Below are positions 1 to 13,327 of a stretch of 64,000 nucleotides of DNA, piece by piece. Numbering within the stretch: the stretch's first letter is position 1; each line of letters starts with the position of its first letter. The position numbers were made by a program, and so were the translations under genes. Source of the DNA: Takakia lepidozioides. Taxonomy: Eukaryota > Plantae > Bryophyta. Location of the stretch: contig CM060732.1 in assembly GCA_030704615.1 (NCBI GenBank), positions 68,138,001 to 68,202,000 of the forward strand, read 5' to 3'. The notes below the pieces were generated by a model. It saw only the letters and a program-made list of their open reading frames with translations, ran no database searches and was not told the DNA's origin.

Positions 1-36
1 CACCAGGCCATCTAAAGTCTACTAGTTGTTATTCAG

Positions 37-3000
37 GTTCGAGGGAGCGAGGCGATTATAGGGTCAGAGAGCCATATTCATGTGTACGAGCAGGGTGGAA
101 TCTCAACCCTTGGTGGCGTGCATCCAAAGACGGTTCCTAACCGAGCCGATGGGACCATGGACTTGCGGAAAGTGGAGGCTGCTATCAGACCCCCAAATGA
201 TGACCACTACCCAAACACCCGCCTCATTTGCATCGAGAACACCCACGCAAGGTAGCCCTAGGTGGTTCAGGGTCTGGAGTTGCTCATGTTTTGTCACTGA
301 CTTAGTGGTAAGTGCTTGTGTAAGCTCCACCTGATCACCTTGTCACTGGGTGTTGGATTAGTCAAGTAAAGACTTTTATGTGAGGTGTGAATGTAAAGGA
401 TATGTGATGAAGTTGAAAGAATGTGTGCAGATGTGGAGGAAGATGTGTAACAGCTGAGTACACAGACAAAATTGGAGAGCTAGCCAAATGGTATGGGTTG
501 AAGGTGCATGTTGATGGCGCCCGCATATTTAACGCCTCCATTGTGAGTCCCGCACAGACTGGAGTATTTGCCAACTATTGATAAGTTGTTGCATGCCTTT
601 GAGAAGTGGAAAGGTGTCAACTATTTTTTTGTCAAGCTTGGTACAGAGGGAGCGCAGCTGCATTTAAAGGGATTGGTAGCCACTTTTTAATTATTTCTCA
701 GTGGTTCTCCAGTGAGTTTCTTAAACTGTGTACGCAGGCCATGGGTGTTGCGCCTGAAAGGTTGGTGCGCGCTGCTGATACTGTCTCGGTAAGCTTTCTT
801 TACTCAAACGAATATGATGTAAGGGAAATAGGTGCATGTCATAGGGTTGAAGTGATGGCAGTGACAATCACATTTGTCTGCCACAATGAATATGCAAAAG
901 GACAAAAATATTTGTGTGTCTAAAATAATAAGGTATCTTGCCCCAAATTCAGATTGTGGGTTTAAGACGGTTCCCTTAAATCTAGAACCAATGGAGGTCA
1001 TAGTCCCTGTAACAAGCGGTGTCCTAACCCCTATGTAGAGGAGCTCACCATTACAGGGAAATAAGCACCTTTGAGGCACTCGTGGTCAGATGGAATCTGC
1101 ACTGAAATAGGAACCATGGCTTTCCCCAAAAGATTGGGTGATTTCCGCAGTACCGACTAGTACACATCCCTGTGACCAGAAAAGCTCTCTTCAAAAGTTT
1201 CCTTTTACCTTGTAGACCCATCCTGTTTGTGGTGCAGTATGGGGTTGAGGAAAACATTGTCTGAGGGCTGGAATTGAAGTTTCACAGCTTTGATGACAGT
1301 GCAATGTGGTTGTTGTTGGGGTCCTTGGGAAATCAATTTGAGCCGTACTGAGTTCGATACAGTTCCGTACAGTTTTCAAACAATGAGCTTTTTGTGGTCT
1401 AACTCTGGATGAGTTCAGGTGCATTCAGTGACCACACCTGGCTCCATGATACTCTAGTGCACTCATTAGAATTGTCCCATCTTCTATATGTAACCTGCAT
1501 GTTTCCTCAGTAGGCAACAAAATAAATATACGAGATAAATTGAACCAAACACAAGGACCAAGGTTGATATACTTTTGTGTATTTTCAGGTGTGTCTCTCA
1601 AAGGGGTTGGCAGCTCCAGCAGGCACGGTGCTTGTCGGCCCTAATGAGTTCATCACCAAGGTCTGAACTAATTCTTTTGAGTACAAGACGTGGAAGCCGT
1701 TCTAAGTTCTTTTTATTACGACCATTTCAAATGCCTTGTGTTATTGAAAATTTCTTTTCAGCTTATTGGTGTCATGCCATCCACCTTATAATTTTGTCTT
1801 TAGCCCAGTGAAACATTCTGTGACCCTTCTGTCATGGTCCATCCTCACCAGAGGATGAGGAAATTCTTCCAGCCATCATAATGGAATGTGGGGTCTGAAA
1901 TGTGGGGTTTGTATGGCAGGCAAGGAGATTGAGAAAAGCACTAGGTGGAGGGATGCGGCAGGTAGGCGTATTGGCAGCCCCAGGGTTGATTGCCTTGCAT
2001 GATATGGTTGGCCGACTCAAAGAGGACCATGTGAACGCACGTCTGCTTGCTGGTAAGAAATGGCTTTTCACGCGATTTTGAAATTTACCTGGTAGCTTGC
2101 TCTCAAAGGACAATTGTTCCCAATGATGTGAATGTTCACGGTGTGCCTCACATGCAATCGAATGTAAAATGCTTTGAGCCTGGTGTAGCGAAGCATGCCA
2201 GAGAATGAAGAAAGAAGAAAGAAGAAACTTCACATATTCACAGAAACTTAGAGCATCTGGGACAAAGGAAGGGAAAAAAAGTCAGAGATTTTATTATGTC
2301 CAGGAAAGTCAGAGAGCGTACAGGACAATCAATACAGAAGACATGACTGAATAGTTTTAGAATTGCATGAGATGGGGTTTTACTGCCTTGTTGTATTATG
2401 TGGATGTGAGATGGGTGTCTACTGCCTTGTTGTGTATGTATGTGTTCCATGTGCCCATGCTCTTCTTAAGATTCAGCTCGTCTTGAATCATATATGGTGG
2501 GTGCAGAGGGGCTGAATGTGATAGAGGGACTGCGAGTGGATGTCGCCAGCATAGAAACCAACATTGTAAGCTTCCTCATTGTCTACAGCCTCCAGGTATC
2601 CAGGGTAATGTGGAGATGTAAACTAATTGCAGAGCATGCAGGAGGCAAGGTCAACATGATTACTTTCTTTGTTGTCAGAAGTTAGCTTTAGACAATGTAA
2701 GCCTGTTGAGCAGGTCTGACTGTTGTGGCAGGTAAATGTGGAAGTTACAGCTGACTCGGCACTTGGGGCTGAGGAACTTTGTGAAGCTTTGAAGGAACAC
2801 GGGGTCCTTGCAATGCCGGTTGGCCGGACCAAGTTTGTACTGCTATCCTAAGCTTCTAAATCTCCAACATTTTCACTTCCATGCCGTATTTGAGGCAAAA
2901 TTGGTGTTGCAAGTCAATGGAAAAGATTGTACTCATAAGACGTTGTTTGCCGTAGCCTTGTGGCCATTGACCCCGCGCCCAGTTTGAGCGGGAACAAAAG

Positions 3001-4816
3001 GGACAGAACCTACCTCTGTCAGGGGCTGACGTTGGTAGTAAGACTTACCTCCATATAAAGAATTAATCCGGGTTTTCCAGATATCCTCTAGAAATCCCTT
3101 CACACAAGCATCAATCTGCTGTGTGTGATTTGCCCAAAAACTAGGCCTCAGGAGGGCCTGGGCTTTTGGCTCAGCCTCGAGACTTTCAAAGTTGGTAAAC
3201 AGGGGTACAGGCACAATTCCCTTAATAGATTTGAAGAGAGCGTCTCTTTGGTGAGAGAACCCCGGACAGTGTATCAGAAAATGAATACTGTCTTCAGATT
3301 GCCCACACAACGGGCAATTGCACTCTCCCTTTCCTCTCTGCTTCTGTTTGCTGTTCAAAGGTAGGCTTCCTGCCCTGAGTTTAAATTTCAGTCTAGTGCC
3401 GAGAGTGGGTAGACCCTTGAGGTCATAGTCAATGGAAAAGAAACTTACTCTATGAGTTGGATGTAGGACTTTTCTGGGGTGAAGCAGGGGAGACTCTTTT
3501 GCAGGGTTAGTGGGTCTTCTAAATAGATAGGAGGTTTCTCATACCTTTCTTTCAGCATTTGTGCCAGTGTAACACACATTATTTCATTCAAGGCACTCCC
3601 AACTTTTACAGGAAGTCTCAGCTAGTATCACTAGGCTTATTTGATTAATGGAATCCAGGGGCATATGTTTCTCTTTCAGGCTAGACAATAATATTATTGA
3701 TTCTTGCTTTACCCTGGCTGATTTAGGGGTTTGTGATTTGCATGGTAATACCTGGTGCTTATGCATTTGTCTTGAAAATTCCAGGATCCGGGTTGTGACT
3801 CACTATCAAATAACGGATGATGATATCCGCTATGCCCTCGCTTGCTTCCAGGTCAGATCTCTTCCTTACCTTCTTGAGTCCAAGTGGGGTTCTAAGGATG
3901 AGTGAAGTCAGATCATTTCCTTATGCCACATGTCCAAGTCAATATAGTTGCAGGTGAGTGCATATCAAGTGGCACAGTAGACCAGCAAGGTACTTGTATA
4001 AAAGGCCTCAAAGAACTGGATGAGCTTTTCAGTCCATAAACGACAATGACACCTCCATGCCAGCCAGCAGCAATAGCTGTGACATGTGCAAAGAGTAAAT
4101 CTGGTACCGGCACTTCCATACCTTGACCTTGTCAATCAATCTGGTCATCTTCAGTCTGCAGTTGTAGGTGGTATTGATAACTCCTGTGTCCGGTATTGGT
4201 CAGTGAAGCCGCACTGTCACAACTGAGGTTGTGACTTGGTCAGTATATCTCGGCCTCAAATCACCCACCGTCCCTTTCCGGATATGTCGATGTGAGTGTG
4301 CATGAGATGAAAGGATAAATGTGTATTTGTTTGGAAGGCGTCAAATATATATATTATATTATTTGTTTGTGCCCTTCAAACTCTGGACAGAGAGTGATAA
4401 CAAAACTGTTGACATTAAATTCTTTCTATTCCATTTATTGACATTCATTTGAAACATTTGCAAGTCTGGTGCAGACAATAGGATGGGAAAAGCAACTTTG
4501 ACCACAGATGCACCTTTCATACATCTGTGATATCTAATGGAGAGCACCATATGTCAAGCTCCCGCTATCGAGCTTTGCACCACACGGTTTCATACATTTT
4601 TTTTGAGGTAACAAGAGAGGCCCGAGATCCCATCAGTAAAATTACCCCTGACACAGGTCAAGGGCAAGCCGAGGCCCAACTATTTCCAGTAGGGTGGGAA
4701 ATCGTATGTGCATGCAGGACATTGTTGAGGTCATCTGTGGAGGATGAAGAGCTGCATTATTTTTTTATTCTCTCTTGCAGGAAGTCCCTGTGATGGCTAT
4801 GGCTGCCTGCTGGTAG
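37..4816 (+). CDS. THA1: Low-specificity L-threonine aldolase (PLP-dependent), 5' exons outside window. Exons ~37-251, 431-542, 738-788, 1589-1660, 1920-2051, 2507-2565, 2732-2831, 3785-3851; last exon probably 4781-4816 (uncertain)
   Basis: Spliced translation gives [40 protein letters not shown] (PLP lysine), [12 protein letters not shown] and RVVTHYQI; all introns GT-AG. Confidence 0.93.
2927..3426 (-). mobile_element. 5'-truncated RTE/RTEX-like LINE copy in a THA intron
   Basis: Near-identical to 42686-43185; CPLCGQ..HFLIHC zinc knuckle; 15-bp TSD AGTCAATGGAAAAGA at 2912-2926 and 3427-3441. Confidence 0.92.
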
Positions 4817-5149
4817 GAGAATGAGGAGCTCACTATGAACTCTTGCTTGGTCCTACTGAACGGTTTCAGGACCACACTCAATGTACAGATTGAATTTGTT
4901 TTTGGAAAAAGGTAGCCAGGGCCATTAATCAAATTGAAGAGTGAAGTTTCTGGGGTCTTTCAAAAAAAGTTAAAGTCCAAGTTACAACTCACAAAATAGT
5001 TGTGATCTTGAAAGCCATATGTCCAAACTCTGTGAAAGGGTATGTACAGATAGCAGATGCAGTTAATAACATAATTCAATAGTTCATTGCCACAGATGAA
5101 ATAATCTGAATAATATGGCCAGAAACTTAGATGGCCTTGAGTCATGAAT

Positions 5150-5710
5150 TAGGTGGAATCTGTATCAGACGTTCAGGGGTTAAGGAGGATAGTGTCTGCA
5201 TCAACATTGGCAAGCAGTGAAAAGTGTTTTTCGATATGGGCTGAATGGAATAGAAATCTATGGGATTGAACATAATGCAAAAGAAGAAAAGAGCCTCAAG
5301 CTTGTGGGTTTCACTGATGCTGTGACACAATGGAAGACCGAGATCAACCACTGCATATGTCTGTCTGCTTTGTGTTGCATCTATAAGTTGGTGCTGCAAG
5401 AAGCAACCACCTGTAGCACTGTCAACCACAGAGGCAGAGTATATGGCAGCGTCTATGATTGTGTAGGACTTTTGACAGATCTTAGGTATGCTCAAAGGTC
5501 GGAAACAAGATTTTTCAAAGATACTAACCAAGGCTGCATTACAAAGAATCCAGAAAATCATTCCAGGACGCACCATATAGATATGAAGCACCACAGAGAA
5601 TAGCAAGGAGCTGGTAGTTGGGATGTGTTGTCTTGCTAATGACATGGTAGCAGATATCCTCACCAAATCAACTCGTAAGACTCGATTTGAGCATTGGAGG
5701 GCTCAAATGA
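5150..5710 (+). mobile_element. Degenerate Ty1/copia RT-RNaseH remnant
   Basis: Frameshifted motifs [51 protein letters not shown]. Confidence 0.85.
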
Positions 5711-6574
5711 GTACAAGATTCACACGGGCATGGCAGCTTGTGTAGGAAAAAAGGTTCAACACCTCCTTCAGGAAGCTGCACCTGCAACTTCCTAGGTCAT
5801 ATAAGGGACTATTGACGGTCGTTGTAAAAATTACGTTTACGAGACCTTATAAAGGTGCACTCCTTTCCTTCCATAGTCACTATCTCCTCGAGTTAGAAAG
5901 ATGATTTCAACACTTTTTCTCTGTCTTGTGCTAGCTTTCTACAGATTAGCCACTTTCAGCTTGCCTTGTGTTCTTTTGTATTTGAATGCGCTTTCTCTCG
6001 GGCGTTAGATTTTGCTAAAGGTGTGTCACGCTTTCCGCGTGTGTGTCATCGTGGCTCTTGTCATCACACTTTCTTCAAGGTCAGTGATTGCGTGAGGTTT
6101 TGCAAATTATCGTTGATTTGCGTTGTCAGTGATGTGATTGCTGACAACTCATCACGCACAAGTGATCCTCCGACTGTGTTTCTGCTGTTCATGAGGGATG
6201 CCTGTAACGCATGACTTCCATGTACCTAAGTTTTGCTCTAGAACTGCTATTTCATCACCAACGAATCACCTGTTTCTTTTCTGAGCAATTATCAGTCTTT
6301 TTCAGAACTTGATATCTTCCGTTGCCATTCACAAGACTAGGAGCTTGCATTTATTACCCGCATAAATAGACAAGACTTTGACATTGACACTAGGTCAGTT
6401 CTAAGGTGATATATTTGGGATTCTCATGGACATTATACACTTACTTTCTCTCAGTACTATTTCATTTCATTGAGCTTTCATGCTTTCTCTTGTACCATAA
6501 AATCTTTGAACTTTCCACGTACGTTATGAAGTATCATTCATTTCCTTCCTAGCGTTCTCACTCTGTCTTTCGTA

Positions 6575-7041
6575 CTCACTCTCGGCACTAGACTGAAATT
6601 TATACTCAGGGCGGGAAGGCTACCTTTGAACATCAAACAGAAGCAGAGTGGAAAGGGAGAGTGCAATTGCCCGTTGTGTGGGCAACCTGAAGACAATATT
6701 CCATTATCCATTGTCCGGGGTTCACTCACCAGACAGACGCTCTCTTCAAATCTATCAAGGGAATTGTGCATGTACCTCTGTTTACCAACTTTGAAAGTCT
6801 CGAGGCTGAGCCAAAAACCCAGGCCCTTTTGGGGCCTAGTTATTGCGCAAACCACACAAGCAGGTTGATGCTTGTGTAAAGGGATTTCTAGAGGATATCT
6901 GGAAAACCCGGATCAATTTTTCATTCCAAGATAAGTCTTACTACCGGCATCAGCCCCTGACAAAGGTAGGTTCTGTCCCTTTGTGTTCCTGCGCGGGGTC
7001 AATGGCCACAAGGCTATGGCGAACAACTTCTTATGAGTACA
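6575..7041 (+). mobile_element. 5'-truncated copy of the RTE/RTEX-like LINE
   Basis: [12 protein letters not shown] motif and terminal GGCCACAAGGCTA...TTATGAGTACA; imperfect TSD TCTGTC(T/C)TTCGT. Confidence 0.88.
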
Positions 7042-7109
7042 TTCTGTCCTTCGTTCGTTCCCTCCATCTATGCTTAGATAAGACATGTGACTTACCCAGT
7101 GATCTTCAA

Positions 7110-7941
7110 TCACACCACAATAGTTTGACACACCTTAGTTATTTCTCCTATCACCAGAGAGCTTACCAACCCAAACCTGATCCTTATTGAGTGCAGGGCA
7201 AAAAGACTGGCACAATTCACCTCATCAGTGGGCTGCTCGCCTCCAGCTGGCAAAACGGCTTCTTCGACTTTCATCACAGCAGCTGTTGTTCCTTCCCCAA
7301 GCACCGATTACTCCACCTCTGCATCTGGTTCTATGGCTGTCACCTCATCTACTTCATCGTCCTTTACAACGGTGGCCATGTCACCCAGCTCAGTGCCTTC
7401 CACCTCATTCTCCTTGCTCATCATTGCTGTTAACAGGAAAGCAGTAACATGAGCTTAGTATTACCAGAAGCTGCTGTTTCACAAGAATACAGACACAGAT
7501 ACAACCTACAGCCTTGGTTGACATGTTCGGACGTCTATAGAGAGCAATTGGGTGTGAAAGAATTCACTGCATACACAACTAGTTGTCATCCCTATCTGTT
7601 GATCATGCTACCTACAGCTTAAACTGCATTAGAAACAAGTTGTCAGAGTTGCACCCACCTTCCTCTGCAACAGTGCCAACAACCACAGGAACCTCCTCAC
7701 TGAATTCCGCAGCAACCTGCTCTCCTGAATCCACACCAACTTCCTTGCCCAATTCCTTCTCAGCTGCATCCACATCCTCCTTCACATCTTCCTTTTGTCT
7801 CTGTGCTAGAAAGATCCCTAGACCTAAGATGGAATCTTTACCCTCGCATAAGGAATATTCTAAGAATCTACCCCCGGGTCTGCCCATCCGAGATCTAGGG
7901 GCTCTCAGGGCCCCAGAATCTAAGCATATTTTGTGGTGCAA
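7110..7941 (-). pseudogene. Acidic (E/V/D-rich) low-complexity coding-like fragments divergent from RUS1
   Basis: KEDVKEDVDAAEKELGKEVGVDSGEQVAAEFSEE and ENEVEGTELGDMATVVKDDEVDEV frames with an internal stop; no family recognised. Confidence 0.3.
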
Positions 7942-8128
7942 GGCCTGGAAGGATTATTACTGTGTTTGTAAAGCTTCTTCCTCGAGAGATACAAATCTCG
8001 TGAGAAGAGGTCCAGCACTTTGATCTGCCTGCATGCCTGTACCTATCTGTATGTGTTCTCTGTGGCATCAGAAAGCTTGTAGGATGTAGTCACTTTGGGG
8101 ATTTCGTCGCTCGCTCTGCTAGGGGACC

Positions 8129-11100
8129 ATGGGTATTGCAGCCGAACTGCAGCTGGGAGCTCTCCCGGCAGTGTTTTCGAAAGAATCTGCTCCTATTTTG
8201 ACTGAGAGGGGGGATCGGGTACTTGGTTTCTACGAGAGCACAGTGCGGCGGGGAGTTGTAGGTGGCCTTCAACATTGTGGAAGATGGAGGGGGAAAGGGA
8301 GATGCAACCCAGCTGGAAATTCCAGTACATTGAGTAGCTATTTTCAAGATACCGCCGATGCAGGCCCGAGAGAAGCGTCGAGGCTGCGAAGAAATGCAGG
8401 AGGCCCTCGGTCATCTGGAACAATATGTGGAGGCCGCTCAACAAGGTTTGGCGACTCTAGGTGCGGTGGAGAAGGATTTTATGTGTACAGTAATATTGAA
8501 TTTGGAAGGAGGCACCGGCCTGGAGATTCGAATGGTGGAGTCTGCTTAGGGACGGAAATTTATGCAAGGAAGTCTCGGATATTCTTTAAAGGGGAAAGTA
8601 ATGGTGGGATTGTTGAAGATAGTTGGGCTGGGGATTGCAACTCTCTTCAATTTGAGGGGGGGAGTGGGAGTGGAGGATCCAGAGGAGGTAGTGGGGGCGG
8701 AGGTGGGGACGATGGAGGGATGTTTTCAGTTCCAGATGAAGGCCCTGGCCACAGAATCACGGCAGCTCTTGTAGGAATATGGAGTGTTTTATTCAGAAGA
8801 AGAGGAAGCTTGGGTTGCTTTTTGGCACTGTCCGTTGCAGTTGCTGGGTGGTACCTCTCTCGTAAAGGAGAAGATGCTGCTCTAGCCCTTGGCTCCCCCA
8901 AGCCGGGAAAATTGGTGGATGACAAGCCCAAAGTAGCAGAGCCTGAAGCCAATGGGGAGACAGAGAGACAGGAAAGGTTGATGGGGGCAGTTTGGGAAGT
9001 ACAGGGCAGCCGCTGGAGACTGTTTCTGCCGGATACTGAAAGGGACGTGTATGTGTTAGACACGGTTAAGCAGAGTGAGGAAGAAGCCCGGGCATATGAA
9101 CGTAGTTTTGTAAACGAACAGGGGGGACCCGTGAAAGAGGGCGAGGAGAGAGAACGAGGAAGAGGCGTGAATATTGAAGGAAGGTTGAAAAGGGTTGTAG
9201 TGCGGTGTGTAGAGCTGGGGAAGCAGATAATGCTACCCCAGGGCTACCCGGGAAGTGTAACAGAAGATTATATGGAGTACACTCTTTGGCGGATGGGCCA
9301 GATTATTGCCAGCCAGATTAATGGGGTTCTTACCACGCAGGTCATTATCTCTTCCTGTCTCTCAAAGGCAATGCTGTCTAGTATGATGACAAATCAAGTT
9401 TCAGGCAATGTTTGGGTTTGATTGTTCTGTGGTTTTGGTGGTTCTAATGTGTTGTGCTACTAGGTCCCTTGGGCCTTCTAGACTTCCAGTGAAATTTATA
9501 TTTTTCTTTCCTTCTCTTCTCTCTCTCTCACTGTGTACATGACGAACACTCTTATGTAGATGGTCTTTGTACTGACAGAGTTTGGCAGCTTTTCACCAAA
9601 CCCCTAAGCCCTTATTTCCCACCTCTCTTGGCTTAAGTGGAATCACAGTCTTGGACCTTCGAGGTTTAATTTTTCAATAATTGCTTTGGCAGGCATTACT
9701 GTATGCTGTGGGGTTAGGAAAAGGTGCGATTCCAACTGCAGCAGCAGTAAACTGGGTGCTCAGAGATGGCATTGGTTATTTGAGTAAAATAATGCTGTCG
9801 AAGTATGGACGTCACTTTGACGTGCATCCCAAAGCATGGAGATTAATGTCAGATGTATTGGAGAATGCTTCATACGGCTTGGAGCTTCTCACACCCACTT
9901 TTCCCCATCTCTTCGTTTATTTGGCAGCTGCAGCCGGGGCAGGGCGCTCTGCTGCAGGTCTCATTCAGGTATGCATGCTGTGGAAGTAAGCTTTCAAATG
10001 ATATCTGGGTCTATTTGCTATCTGCTCTGGTGCACCCTTTATATTGCATTGGAAGTTTGGGATGATGTTCCTTGAACGCAAAGATATTTGTGTGTGCAGG
10101 CTGCTACTAAGAGCTGCTTCACTGCAGGGATGGCAGCACAACGTAACTTTGCTGAGGTAACAACCTGGGTCCACTCTTTCACTTCAGAATCAATATTGTC
10201 ACATTTTGGTTAGTGACTAGAGGATCGTGGCTCCCTGCAACTCAAAGGTTGTCAGTTCTGTCAGGAAGTTTTCCAGCTGTGCCTACCCCTTGTGCCCATG
10301 TAGGGACACAAGGCCATTGCCAGCACTGTCCACTTTAGTTTCGCTTGTCCTCTTTTTTCAAGCCGATTTTCAAAGTCCTCCAGTGCAACTTTTCCACTGT
10401 TTACCTTGTGGCCTCTGTTAAATGGGGACTGACATGTTTGAATGATGTGTAGTTGATAGCCAAAGGGGAGGCACAAGGTATGGCCAGCAAGTCAGTTGGC
10501 ATTGCACTGGGCATTGCAGTGTCCTCCTATGTGGGCAGCTCTGGTCCGCTGCTGGTGTTCACATTCGGGGTGGTGACAGCATTCCATATCTTCTGTAATC
10601 TCAAGTCATACCAGGCAGTGCAATTGCGTACCTTGAACCCGTACCGTGCAAGTGAGTCCTCTCTCTCTCTCACTCTCTGTGGCCACAAGGCTACGGTAAA
10701 CAAAGTCTTATGAGTACATCTCACCCTCTGTGTTCCCTTTTGTTCCACGCAAACTGGGCACGGGGTCCATGGCCACAAGGCTACGGCAGAGTACATTCTG
10801 TATTGAAGTTAGGCAAATAATATCCCTGAGCTTGTTGCCAGTTTGTGACATGGGTTAGGACCGCCTACCTACCCTCGGCACTAGACTATTTTAAAGTCAA
10901 GGAAGGGAGTCTACCTTTGAACAATAGACATATGCAGAGAGGAAAGGGAGATTGTCAATGCCTGATGTGCAGGCGCCCTGAAGGCAATATCCATTTTCTG
11001 ATACTTTGTCCAGAGTATACTCGGCAGAGAGCGACCCTCTTGAGGGCCATCACAAGCATAGTCCTTGAACCTCTGTTCACCAACTTTCAAATCTCGAGGC

Positions 11101-13327
11101 TGAGCCTAAAGCCCTGGCCTTCCTGGGCAGCTCACACAGGGAAGATTGATGCTTGTGTGAAGGGCTTTCTAGGGGAAATCTTGAAAGCCCAAACCGAATG
11201 TTTATACCAAGGTAAGTCCCACAACTGGAGTGAGCCCCTCACAATGTTTGTTGCCTCTTGTTCCGCCCAAACTGGACGGCGGGTCAATGGTCACAAGGCT
11301 ACGTTAAACAACGTCTTATGAGTACATCCGCTCTCTCTGGCTCAGGTTTTTCCCTGGTCTAACTCCTGGGGGTGAAGGGGTTTCTAGAGGAAATCTGGAA
11401 AGCCCGAACGAATTGTTTGTATCAAGGTAAGTCCCACTACTGGGGTGAGCCCCTCACAAAATAGTGTCTGTTCCCTCTTGTTTGCGGGGTCTATGTCCAC
11501 AAGGCTACAGCAATAACATCTTATGAGTACATTCGTGGGTCAGGTTCAATGGCACAGGTTGGAACACAACATCCAATGATTGCGCTATCACCTTATCCAA
11601 ACTGGGCTTAGTGCCTTGGCCACGTGGTGATCCTTATGATAAGCTTACCACCGTCCCATTCCCCAGGGCTCCTCTTCGCACCCACACACACCCCGCACAA
11701 TGCAGGGGGGTTAAGCACAATCCAACATCCTTCTCTCGTCTTACCTACAACTTGCCTGGGCTGCCTGATGTACTTCACAATTCAGGCAACAGGCATGGGA
11801 GTGAAGCATGACAAAAGCTGCTTCAGCAGTTTTCATGAGTTTTCCAGGAGCACAGCCCTTAAAGTCAGCATGGACACAATCCACAACCCTTTGGCTTAGA
11901 GAGGAGATATACCATGTCTGAACTATGCAATAAGTTGTGCCACAAGAAGTTTTAAGCTGTCTTTCTCACCATTGTTGAGCTCTAGCTTCTGTTTGTATAT
12001 TCTGTCAAAGTCCATTTGCAGTATGGAAATGTGGATCTCCTTAGAACACATAATTTAAGGAATGGATGTCTACTTTAGCCAGTACTTAGTTGGCGGTGAT
12101 GGACCAGGTCTGGTTCTGTCTGAACTTTTTCGAAGCGGGAATGTGCCATCTGTGAGGGAGGTCAATGGGGAGGAGCCCCTCTTTCCTAAAATATCATTTT
12201 TCAACTTCAGATTAAGAGGCTCCCAGGTGCACACCCCTTCCTATCTTCTTCTCTCTGCCTCTTTTATCTCTTAACCAAACTCTGCCACTTCTTCATGGCT
12301 GCTCTCCTATTTTTTGCTTGCAGGGAGAACGAAAGTCACTTTCAGAGGAGTCTAAGGGGGCAGCAGCAAGCATAGAGAGCAATCTGGAGTTGGGGGCTAT
12401 GTTTGGGGAAGTTGTGCATACCCGTGAAGAAGCCTATGCCCTTCTGGATGTGTATCAGAGGGAGCATTACCTGCTGGCTCTGCATGGGGACCGTCTCTTG
12501 GTATGTTGTGATAAGATCATTCTCTCTCTCTCCCCTTCAATTGTCTGTTCCAAGGTAAGTCATATTACCGGCATCAGCCCCTGACGAAGGTAGTTCTGTC
12601 CCTTTGTGTTCCGCTCAAACTGGGCACGGGGTCAATGTCCACAAGGCTATGGCAAACAACGTCTTATGAGTACATTCTCTCTCTCCCCTTCTCTATGAAT
12701 GTTTGTTTTCTGGGGGTTCTACTGCGATATTCTACTTCTGTCCCTTGGGCCCTTTGGGCTCCTGGAGAGGGAATAGATTTCTGTCTGGTTGCTCCTCCCT
12801 CCCTCTGAAGAATGGAGTGTTTTTGAGAAGATCTGGAAGGTCAGGACTCAGTTCATTTCTTCAGGTGAGCCCCACACTGCATGCGATACTTCAAGAATGT
12901 TAGTGTCCCCTTGTGTCCTCTTGTCCCCCTTCTCCATCCAATGGGGTGGGATTATGGCCACACGCCAATTGAAGCCTGACAGTACATCATCATGACTGTG
13001 GTTGATTGTCCTTCCAATTCGATTGGAAACTGCTGGATGCAGGTGCTCTTGAAGGAGGGTGCCACACCACGGGATATGCTGAGAGCCATGGTACAAGCTC
13101 TCTATGTGCATCATCTCCGTAGCCAATCAAATGTGGCCTTGGGGGGTATTGTGGGTGACTGCAGCAAAGGAGGGCTGTTACACGTATCACACCAGTACAT
13201 GGATAAACAGTTTGATAGTATCAGACACAATTTGGGGGCTGCGGGTTGGATCAGTGAAGGTTTAATTGCCCGGCCAGCACCCAACAGGCTTCTTGAAAGC
13301 GTCTCAGAACAGCCAGTTGCTGCTTAG
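8129..13327 (+). CDS. RUS1: Root UVB sensitive 1 (DUF647). Exons ~8129-9340, 9693-9968, 10100-10156, 10453-10651, 12108-12226, 12324-12500, 13043-13327
   Basis: [91 protein letters not shown]; long N-terminal transit-like region. Confidence 0.93.
10679..11532 (+). mobile_element. Cluster of four truncated LINE 3' ends in RUS1 intron 4 (~10679-10718, 10730-10796, 10858-11327, 11375-11532)
   Basis: Each ends CACAAGGCTAC...GAGTACAT; the first follows a (CT)n tract; a diverged zinc knuckle lies in ORF 10845-11321. Confidence 0.85.
12540..12675 (+). mobile_element. Short LINE 3' end in the last RUS1 intron
   Basis: Terminal motif GTCAATGTCCACAAGGCTATGGCAAACAACGTCTTATGAGTACAT; TSD TCTCTCTCTCCCCTTC at ~12523-12538 and ~12676-12691. 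Confidence 0.9.

Noticed and set aside
5800-6262. Copia 3' LTR
   Set aside because: Position is plausible, but there is no second LTR, clear PPT or TG..CA/TSD to support boundaries
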